Of a stretch of 64,000 nucleotides of DNA, positions 33,627-40,787 are shown piece by piece. The position numbers were made by a program, and so were the translations under genes. The stretch lies in assembly GCF_024700885.2 (NCBI RefSeq), contig NZ_CP117016.1. One strand, written 5' to 3'. Positions within the stretch are counted from its first letter, which is position 1. Every line of letters starts with the position of its first letter. This DNA is from Escherichia coli (GTDB lineage: Bacteria; Pseudomonadota; Gammaproteobacteria; Enterobacterales; Enterobacteriaceae). Under the pieces are notes generated by a model. That model saw nothing but the letters and a program-made list of their open reading frames with translations, made no database searches and was not told the DNA's origin.

Positions 33627-33652
33627 ATATATTCACCTTAAGGTGAATATAT
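33627..33652. promoter_or_regulatory. Perfect palindrome ATATATTCACC-TTAA-GGTGAATATAT between the recombinase operon and the tRNA genes
   Basis: 11-bp arms with a 4-bp spacer read directly; function (operator or recombination site) not determined. Confidence 0.5.
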
Positions 33653-33680
33653 ATTCCCTCTTGACGCTCCAAAAAACAAT

Positions 33681-33757
33681 GCGGTAGTAGTTCAGTTGGT
33701 CAGAATATTCCCCTGTCACGGGAATGGTCGTGGGTTCGAGTCCCATCTATCGCGCCA
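33681..33757 (+). tRNA. tRNA-Asp (anticodon GUC), foreign island-borne copy
   Basis: Manual cloverleaf: acceptor GCGGTAG/CTATCGC, D stem GTTC/GAAT, anticodon stem TTCCC/GGGAA with loop CUGUCAC, T loop TTCGAGT, 3' GCCA; differs from my recollection of the host tRNA-Asp. Confidence 0.8.
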
Positions 33758-33761
33758 GAAA

Positions 33762-33836
33762 GGGCAATTAACTCATTGGTAGAGTGTATCTCTTACAAAG
33801 ATATGGCGGTTGGTTCGATTCCAACATTGCCCACCA
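33762..33836 (+). tRNA. tRNA-Val (anticodon UAC), foreign island-borne copy
   Basis: Manual cloverleaf: acceptor GGGCAAT/ATTGCCC, D stem ACTC/GAGT, anticodon stem TATCT/AGATA with loop CUUACAA, T stem GTTGG/CCAAC, 3' ACCA. Confidence 0.8.
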
Positions 33837-33847
33837 AAACATAAAAT

Positions 33848-33917
33848 GCGTCAGTATTTCAATGGTAGAATAAAACATTGCCAATGTTTAGGTGAGGGTT
33901 CGATCCCCCTATATTTA
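33848..33917 (+). pseudogene. Degenerate tRNA-like sequence with a Gly (GCC) anticodon arm
   Basis: Intact anticodon arm AAACA-TTGCCAA-TGTTT and a T-loop-like GGGTTCGATCCCC, but the acceptor strands GCGTCAG and ATATTTA cannot pair. Confidence 0.4.
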
Positions 33918-34104
33918 CTTTAGTTAGTAACTCATTGATATAAAATAAATAATAGAAAAGTGTAATTTGTTTTGTAAAGCACAAATAAGAAATTAGAAAA
34001 TATTTAAATGTACAGTGTACGAAAAATTAACCAACTATGTTAATGGCAACTATATGATGATAAAATTACTCATCTAACGATCTATATTATATGAGTAATG
34101 TTTC

Positions 34105-34680
34105 ATGGTACGAAAAATCTCTACATTTTTAAAGATAATAGGAGTTATAGGTTCTTTATGCGGGATTATTGCGACAGTATTCACAATCTATGCGTACTAC
34201 AACCCGACCTCCCCTTCTACTCAGAGATATGACAGTATTGTAGGAAGCTGGCTATCTGATTACTCTTACACCGTAAAAGGGAATACCGTTAGGGTTAATG
34301 GAAAAACGACCTTCTTCTCTAATGGAAAATACAACTTTCATGGCAGTATCTCTATTGACTCTAATGCTCCAGGTGACCATATATTAATAGATTATCTTTC
34401 TGATGGTGCTGGTGATTGGGAACTATATGATAATGAGTTAATTACATCATTAAATAGCCTAAAAACAAAACCTATGAAGCTGGCTTTAAATAACGAAGAT
34501 CTTGATCCACTGAAAATAGAGGTGATAAACAATAAAAAGTTACCAACTATTGAGGAGAATATGGCTGATGGGAAAAACCAATCCTATAAAATAATAAAAT
34601 CTTCAAAAAGCCAGTTAACATTGGAGGTTATTAACGAAATCGGAAGCAATTTCAACTTTACTATGCAAAAAACAAAATAG
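34105..34680 (+). CDS. Hypothetical membrane-anchored or secreted protein
   Basis: 191-aa ORF with an N-terminal hydrophobic segment followed by a Ser/Thr/Asn-rich domain. Confidence 0.45.
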   Translation: MVRKISTFLKIIGVIGSLCGIIATVFTIYAYYNPTSPSTQRYDSIVGSWLSDYSYTVKGNTVRVNGKTTFFSNGKYNFHGSISIDSNAPGDHILIDYLSDGAGDWELYDNELITSLNSLKTKPMKLALNNEDLDPLKIEVINNKKLPTIEENMADGKNQSYKIIKSSKSQLTLEVINEIGSNFNFTMQKTK

Positions 34681-34711
34681 AAATGATGGCGATCTGAAAT
34701 CGCCATCATTT
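34681..34711. terminator. Perfect 13-bp stem hairpin, bidirectional terminator between the convergent 191-aa ORF and the helicase gene
   Basis: AAATGATGGCGAT-CTGAA-ATCGCCATCATTT with A/T runs on both sides, filling the gap between two stop codons. Confidence 0.75.
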
Positions 34712-34712
34712 T

Positions 34713-36560
34713 TCAACCTTGATAATCTTCAGCCTCGATACCACAATAAGTTATCATGTTTGTTATTAACGGTATATCATTACAATTCTGCTTGAAAGAC
34801 CTGCCATAACTATTGTTTCTTATTTTACAACGAGTCATTAATACTTCTTCAATGGCTCTTGAAAATGCCACAAAGACTGTTTTTTGATTTTCTATTTGCT
34901 CTTCTTCTTTACCAAAATAGGCACCAGGTTCAAGCCCCACAACGATGACCTTCCTGAACTCTAACCCTTTACTTTTATGGATGGTCATAAGAGGTATTGT
35001 TTTATTGCCAAGTAATAAATCAATGGCTTCTGATGTGTTTTCTTTTACATCTAACTTATCGAGGTGGCGAGAAAGTAATTCTATGCTATATTCTAAAACA
35101 TTCCCACTCATATACTGCGGAAAGTAAGACTTTATTTTATCGACACCAAATATACTTAATAATGAATATAAATAATCGACAATTTCTCCTTTAATTACCC
35201 GATGAGATTTAATAAACTGGCTAAGTTCTTTTTCTAACCGTGTAACATCACCTCTTTTACTTACTCCTCTTATATTACATAGAAGCTCCATTGTAGTGGC
35301 CCAGCTTTCTATGGATTTTCTATTACAGACAAACATTAGCATTTGTAAAAGTAACTGTACTACAGCTTCATTTAAAAGATCCTGATACTCGTTCTCAAGG
35401 CGACATTGTATTTTCAAATATTGCAATGCTGAAATGATATCGTCTGTATATTGTTTAGCCGGGTTTCTTAGCAGTATACATATATCTCTTTCATTTACTC
35501 CTTCAGCAATCCATTGCTGGATACATAATGCTATATATGCCCCTTCAATACTACTTTCGTCAAATTGTAGTAACTTAGCTGAACCTTCATTTTCAATCAA
35601 CATCATATCAGGCTTTATATCAGCATGATTCATGAAAGCTTCCATCATGCGTTGATAATTTATGAGGTTTTTTAATGACCTTCTATTGCTAACTAATTCA
35701 TTAGATTGTTCGATTCCAAAATCTTTTTTAAACACATCAAAAGCATTGTGCATTGCACCTGCCCAACCCATTATTCTTTGTTTTGTATCACCGACTGCTG
35801 TTATTTTTATTTTTTTACCCAAGAAAATGCTCTTAAAAATCTCATATTGCCTATATGTTGTGTCCTGAAACTCATCGATAAAAGCATAGTCATATGTTGA
35901 ATTTATAGCATTAGATAAATATTGATTCCTACTAATAATATAATTAGCAAGAAAATTAATCATCTTGAATGAAATCCTTGATTTTGGTTTTAATAAGTGT
36001 AACCACACAAACCGTCTTATCCTGCCATCAACAGAATGTTCTAATGCTTTATTATAAGGAGTTACTATATAATTCTCTTCAAAATTATAAGGTTGTAATT
36101 TATTTAATTCTTCAGATGTTAAACCTTCAAAGCCTACGGCCTCTCTTTTAATTTCTTCAACTAAATCATTATTATTTGGAAAGATTATTTCATAGTCATT
36201 TGATGGACGATAAGATTCCGGAATAGTGCTTTTAAAGCGATCAACAATACTTTTACAGAATGCATCAAATGTTGTTGATTCAAATTTGTGTCTATATTTT
36301 GTATCAAGCCGTGAGTTTACTCTATCTTGAAGATTTTTGGCCGCATCTTTTTTAAAGGATAATGCAATTATTTTTTTATTGCTGCATTTTCCTGTCTCAA
36401 TCAAGAAACAAGCTTTCTGAGCCAATAATTCTGTTTTACCTGCACCGGGACCAGCAAGAACGAGATTATGCCCTGTACTATTTCGAATTACCCTCATAGC
36501 CTCGTCTTCTACTTCTTGGATATCCTTTAAAACCCAATCGGCATCTTTAATAGTCGGCAT
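34713..36560 (-). CDS. gajB: UvrD/PcrA-like superfamily 1 helicase, Gabija GajB-like
   Basis: 615-aa ORF with Walker A (LAGPGAGKTELL), DEFQDTT motif and C-terminal HKSKGLEF motif; start codon shares one nucleotide with the upstream ATPase stop. Confidence 0.65.
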   Translation of the reverse strand: MPTIKDADWVLKDIQEVEDEAMRVIRNSTGHNLVLAGPGAGKTELLAQKACFLIETGKCSNKKIIALSFKKDAAKNLQDRVNSRLDTKYRHKFESTTFDAFCKSIVDRFKSTIPESYRPSNDYEIIFPNNNDLVEEIKREAVGFEGLTSEELNKLQPYNFEENYIVTPYNKALEHSVDGRIRRFVWLHLLKPKSRISFKMINFLANYIISRNQYLSNAINSTYDYAFIDEFQDTTYRQYEIFKSIFLGKKIKITAVGDTKQRIMGWAGAMHNAFDVFKKDFGIEQSNELVSNRRSLKNLINYQRMMEAFMNHADIKPDMMLIENEGSAKLLQFDESSIEGAYIALCIQQWIAEGVNERDICILLRNPAKQYTDDIISALQYLKIQCRLENEYQDLLNEAVVQLLLQMLMFVCNRKSIESWATTMELLCNIRGVSKRGDVTRLEKELSQFIKSHRVIKGEIVDYLYSLLSIFGVDKIKSYFPQYMSGNVLEYSIELLSRHLDKLDVKENTSEAIDLLLGNKTIPLMTIHKSKGLEFRKVIVVGLEPGAYFGKEEEQIENQKTVFVAFSRAIEEVLMTRCKIRNNSYGRSFKQNCNDIPLITNMITYCGIEAEDYQG

Positions 36561-38548
36561 TAAAGTAATCCTCTTACTGTTTCGATAATTTCATTAAGAA
36601 CTTCAGGACTATCATCTCTTAACTTATCGTCTTCCATTTTTGATAGAACATAATTGTGCGATAATGGTTTACCTCTTCCTAAAAATAGGTAACGATACCA
36701 AAAATATTTTTCATAATCATCGAACTCACTAATATCAATATCTTTCTCTTCTTTTTTCAAAACTGCAGCAATTGCCGATTTAACTTTATTATCATATTCA
36801 TGATCGTCATCTTTTGGCAATCTTGGCCCACCATTTTTGGGAACAAATGTCTTATAATCCTCAAAGAATTTATTAAGCATTAGCCAATCTAAATCGTAGG
36901 GGTAAGAAAAATAAACATTATAATCTTTTAGACAATTAATCCATGCCGATTCATTATCTTGATCCTCATCCCATGTATGCATTTTTTCAAGCTCTTCATC
37001 ACTTAAAGTTCCTGAAGTAATACTTAACAATTCATTTTTATCTGCACCTATAGATATTAATTGTTTGACTGCATATTTAATTCTTCCCCAACCACCACCT
37101 CCTCCTCTCTTGAAATCATAGTCGAGAAGAGTCACATGTGGAATTGAAAGCTCATTGAGTAACTTCCAAAAATGATTAACATATCGCCCTCCTAATGGAG
37201 CAAATGTTATCAATGAAGTGTCAAGCTCTATACCATTTACTTGAGCTATTTTAGGTATTACTATTTCTTCGCTATCACCTTCACCAAGTATTACAACTTT
37301 TGCAAAATAAATTTCTGGATATGCCTTCACTGCTTCTTTTACATAAGTGAAAGTATCAACATTGTCTCCATCGTCTTCATCTTCGCTTGGTAATAATATT
37401 GGTTTGACAACAGTATTTTTATTATCATGTAGACGAAAATACCTTATATTTTCTGGTTCTACTCTATTGAGTAATGAAGGTGCGTGTGTTGTTAAAACAA
37501 CCTGTGCTCGATCATTCTCAGATATATCTTCACATAGTTTAACTATTCTTCCTAAATATTGGGGTGAAAGATGATTTTCTGGTTCTTCGATTAATATTAT
37601 CGTTAAATTTGGAGGATCTAATGCTTCTACTGATATTGATAATTCATTTTCTCCTGAATTAATGATCTCATCTTCAATATCAAATGCAGATTTGACTAAC
37701 GAAAGATAAAACAATGACTTCATACCATCACTCAATCTTTCAGTTGGTAATGGCTGAGTCACCGGAGTAGGCATAAATACAGTATCTATATGCTTTAATA
37801 CATCTTCTATTCCATTCATTACTGGCTGAATTTTAAGCTGTTCAAAATACCCTCCGCTAAAAAGAGTTTTCCAATTTCTGCCCAATGAAGATGTTATTGT
37901 CTGAACCCCAATTTCTTCTTGGAACTGGTTTCCGATTGATTCTGCAACCTCATCAACCGTTGAACTCATCTGTTCAGACCATTCAACTGCATTTATCAAA
38001 CGGTGCATGATGGTTCCGGCTGTTTGCTTCAGTTGTTGAGCAGGATCGCGATAAGCAGGGACATAATGAACATGGATTTTTGATCTTTCATATGCTGTAA
38101 TATTTTTTTCATATTCTCCTATTTCCCATACTAAATCACTATCTATATCCCCTTCTGCAAGATTAGTTTTTGTCCATTTAGCTTTTAATTTTGCTATACA
38201 GTATGGGATCTGGTCTGCTTCATTTGAGACCAAATGCTTAAAGAAATCAGCGACTGAATCGTCCTCACCATCTTGCAGATCTGCAAATTCAAATTTTACA
38301 CGAACTGATAATTCTCTTTCATCTTGAGTATCGATTTCATCTCCAGGAGGAACATAAAAATCATCAACTTGAACAATTCTATCGGAGCTTTTGACACCAA
38401 ACATCCTTGTCAATGCGAGGAGAACAGCCGTCTTACCTGTTCCATTCCCTCCAATTAAGCTGGTGAATGAATTTATATTTATAGTTTGCCCTACATTATC
38501 AAAGCTCTTAAAACCTTTGATCTCCATTTGTGTAATTTTCATTATCAC
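36560..38548 (-). CDS. gajA: OLD-family ATPase-TOPRIM nuclease, Gabija GajA-like
   Basis: 662-aa ORF with ABC-type Walker A (LIGGNGTGKTAVLL), Walker B and H-loop region (IILIEEPENHLSP) and a C-terminal TOPRIM-like VVILGEGDSEE. Confidence 0.65.
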   Translation of the reverse strand: MIMKITQMEIKGFKSFDNVGQTININSFTSLIGGNGTGKTAVLLALTRMFGVKSSDRIVQVDDFYVPPGDEIDTQDERELSVRVKFEFADLQDGEDDSVADFFKHLVSNEADQIPYCIAKLKAKWTKTNLAEGDIDSDLVWEIGEYEKNITAYERSKIHVHYVPAYRDPAQQLKQTAGTIMHRLINAVEWSEQMSSTVDEVAESIGNQFQEEIGVQTITSSLGRNWKTLFSGGYFEQLKIQPVMNGIEDVLKHIDTVFMPTPVTQPLPTERLSDGMKSLFYLSLVKSAFDIEDEIINSGENELSISVEALDPPNLTIILIEEPENHLSPQYLGRIVKLCEDISENDRAQVVLTTHAPSLLNRVEPENIRYFRLHDNKNTVVKPILLPSEDEDDGDNVDTFTYVKEAVKAYPEIYFAKVVILGEGDSEEIVIPKIAQVNGIELDTSLITFAPLGGRYVNHFWKLLNELSIPHVTLLDYDFKRGGGGGWGRIKYAVKQLISIGADKNELLSITSGTLSDEELEKMHTWDEDQDNESAWINCLKDYNVYFSYPYDLDWLMLNKFFEDYKTFVPKNGGPRLPKDDDHEYDNKVKSAIAAVLKKEEKDIDISEFDDYEKYFWYRYLFLGRGKPLSHNYVLSKMEDDKLRDDSPEVLNEIIETVRGLL

Positions 38549-39195
38549 CTCAATTGCTGTTTTAAAAAATTATAATCACTAATTATTTCTGCGTTTGTAA
38601 TGATTTCTTGTGAGCACAGCTTAAAACATTCTAAAAATATATTTTTATTATCGTTATGTTCCCAATGTTTTTTCAAAGCTTCTTCAATTGAAATCCAAAT
38701 AACTTGAAAATCGTTATTAGATATTTGGCTTGTTAAAACTGTTTCTTCCACACAAAGTATATGCCCTAAGATGACATCATCGTATATGTCAGTATCTGAA
38801 TCTCTAACTCCTAACCTTTTTATTTTCCTTTTTTGGATGATTTTATTTTTAACAATAAAAGGATGTTCTTCTATAAAATCGGTCAATGATGTAAAAGCCA
38901 AGCCACGAACCTGAGCACCATGCATTGAACTATTTACTTTATGGATATCTCTCCAAACTCGCAGATCACCTAATACATAGAGAACCCGCTGATTTCTCGC
39001 TTTCGTATCTTCTGCTTGGTATTGGATATAAGGTGGCCCTCCCCCATTTTGTCTATATCGGGCAAGGGTTTTGATGCTTATGCCAAGAAAGACAGAAGCA
39101 AGCTCACTATTTACAGTGGCAGAATCAGGCATTTGACCAAATAGTTTCCATACCTCTGAATACTCCCGCAAAACTTCCACCACACTCATCTTCAC
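38545..39195 (-). CDS. Uncharacterised protein with an N-terminal HTH-like motif, translationally coupled between the integrase and the ATPase (possible true start at ATG 39189)
   Basis: 216-aa ORF; ELASVFLGISIKTLARYRQNGGGPP resembles excisionase/AlpA-type HTH; its start overlaps the integrase stop and its stop overlaps the ATPase start (ATGA). Confidence 0.5.
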   Translation of the reverse strand: MKMSVVEVLREYSEVWKLFGQMPDSATVNSELASVFLGISIKTLARYRQNGGGPPYIQYQAEDTKARNQRVLYVLGDLRVWRDIHKVNSSMHGAQVRGLAFTSLTDFIEEHPFIVKNKIIQKRKIKRLGVRDSDTDIYDDVILGHILCVEETVLTSQISNNDFQVIWISIEEALKKHWEHNDNKNIFLECFKLCSQEIITNAEIISDYNFLKQQLR

Positions 39196-40655
39196 TCCCT
39201 CGTTTCAGGTAATGGAGGATACTTAGCCGAAGCAAGTAACACATTGTATAATTTAGGAGCAGTCATAAGCATATGCAACTCAATCCTTTGTAATGCTTCA
39301 AAAATCCGTTCTTGATCAGGTTCTGCATACCTTTCTGTTGGATCTGTTGTATTTCTGTGATTGAGCAGTCTCTTAACGACGGCATATGAAACAAGTTCTT
39401 CAGCAACCCTACCAAATGTCCTTCGTAGATCATGCATACCAAGCTTCAGGATTCCCGCCTCTTGGCAGATATATTCCCTTAGACTTTTACTATCGGAATA
39501 GTGACCAACTTTACTTCGAGAAGAACGGGCCGGGAAAACCCACTTCTGTTTGTCCTTCTGGGTTACCGTATCGTTTACTATGTCTCTTCTATCTTCCAAA
39601 ATTCTTTTGACAGCATCACAAATCGGAAGCTCGTGATCGTTTCGATTCTTAGTGTCGTAAAAACGGATAGTTCTGTTACTCAGGTCAACATAGCTTGTCG
39701 TTTTAGCTTCTTCCTTTGTAAGAGACTCTCGCCAACACAGAGAAGCTGTTTCTTCCTTACGAGCACCTAAGAGAACGGTAAGTAGCAGATAATCGCACCC
39801 AAGCCGGTTGAAGCTTCTCTTGTTGAACAATGCAGTCAAGAACCGACCAAGTGTATCCTTTGGTGATAAGGGGTTTCTGACACCTTTTGCCCGATAACTA
39901 TCCTCAAGCTCAGAACGTGTCCTAAACTTTTTCTGTACCTTTAAGATACTGAAAGGGTTGTAAGATAGAGAAGGTTGTCGTTGCTGGGTCTGAGCATTCC
40001 CAGCTTCAATCTCTATTGCGTGTTTTACAGCAACATTCGCCCACCTAAAGGTCTGTTCCGCTGCTGTTCTGGCTCTTGAAGCAATCTCATCAAACTTCCT
40101 AAGAATTTCATTACCAGTAAGATCTTTAACTCGCAAACCAGCCCACTCAGAAAGCCTGTTTTCTGCTTTATCTAATACAGCCAAGGTGTTGGGTTTAGCT
40201 GGTTTCGCTCTACCCAGCAGATGCTGGCGGTATTGTGCAAACACTTCACTGATAGTGAGTTCAGAAGCATCGGACTCCCGTTTTATTTTGTTAGGGTTCC
40301 TTTTGGTCAACTTCATGGTTTGAACTAAATTGCGAGCAACCTCGCGGGCTTGATCGATGTTAGCGAAATCAGAGACATTGCCAATTGTAGACCTGATAAC
40401 CTCAGATGGGGATTTTCCCCCTGTCTTAGGGCGATTGCCAGGAGAAGAGACTCGTCGCTGAACGATATAGGTCTTTTTCGTTGCACTGATTTTGACACCA
40501 AAACCAACGGGTGAATCCCGGTGATTATCAGTGATAAGATACGGTTTTCGCTCTGGATTGGGTAAGTAGACTACTCTGCCTTGCGGATCAAGGCTCGGTT
40601 TCACGTCGATAGATAACTTATTGATTATAATCGACTGATTGAGTGTCATTTTCAT
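39192..40655 (-). CDS. Tyrosine integrase, P4-like family with N-terminal arm-binding domain (ORF extends to 40763; start set at MKMTLNQ)
   Basis: Box I LLGARKEETASL, HDLRRTFG (HxLR) and C-terminal NHRNTTDPTERY; lies at the island border next to the target gene. Confidence 0.8.
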   Translation of the reverse strand: MKMTLNQSIIINKLSIDVKPSLDPQGRVVYLPNPERKPYLITDNHRDSPVGFGVKISATKKTYIVQRRVSSPGNRPKTGGKSPSEVIRSTIGNVSDFANIDQAREVARNLVQTMKLTKRNPNKIKRESDASELTISEVFAQYRQHLLGRAKPAKPNTLAVLDKAENRLSEWAGLRVKDLTGNEILRKFDEIASRARTAAEQTFRWANVAVKHAIEIEAGNAQTQQRQPSLSYNPFSILKVQKKFRTRSELEDSYRAKGVRNPLSPKDTLGRFLTALFNKRSFNRLGCDYLLLTVLLGARKEETASLCWRESLTKEEAKTTSYVDLSNRTIRFYDTKNRNDHELPICDAVKRILEDRRDIVNDTVTQKDKQKWVFPARSSRSKVGHYSDSKSLREYICQEAGILKLGMHDLRRTFGRVAEELVSYAVVKRLLNHRNTTDPTERYAEPDQERIFEALQRIELHMLMTAPKLYNVLLASAKYPPLPETRE

Positions 40656-40660
40656 CGATG

Positions 40661-40716
40661 TATACCAGTGGTTCAAGTGTGTATACCAGATAGTAGCTAG
40701 AATACTTCTGGTATAC
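40661..40716. promoter_or_regulatory. Three copies of TATACCAG, including a 10-bp inverted repeat GTATACCAGA...TCTGGTATAC, between the integrase start and mutS
   Basis: Read directly; candidate integrase operator or arm sites, overlapping a possible -10 (TAGAAT) for the rewired mutS. Confidence 0.5.
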
Positions 40717-40787
40717 AAATTTATGGGTTTATGTGAGTTTAAAGGGGTATCACTTGGGGCCACATAAGTACTCAGAAGACTTTAAAA

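Noticed and set aside
33848-33917. Third tRNA (Gly-GCC) as a functional gene
   Set aside because: The anticodon arm and a T-loop-like segment are present, but the proposed acceptor strands cannot base-pair; retained only as a degenerate tRNA-like remnant.
36560-38548. Alternative assignment of the ATPase as a PARIS (AriA/AriB) or Septu-type system
   Set aside because: The ATPase and TOPRIM-like regions are fused in one protein and are followed by a UvrD-like helicase, which fits Gabija better; the alternative cannot be excluded without profile searches.
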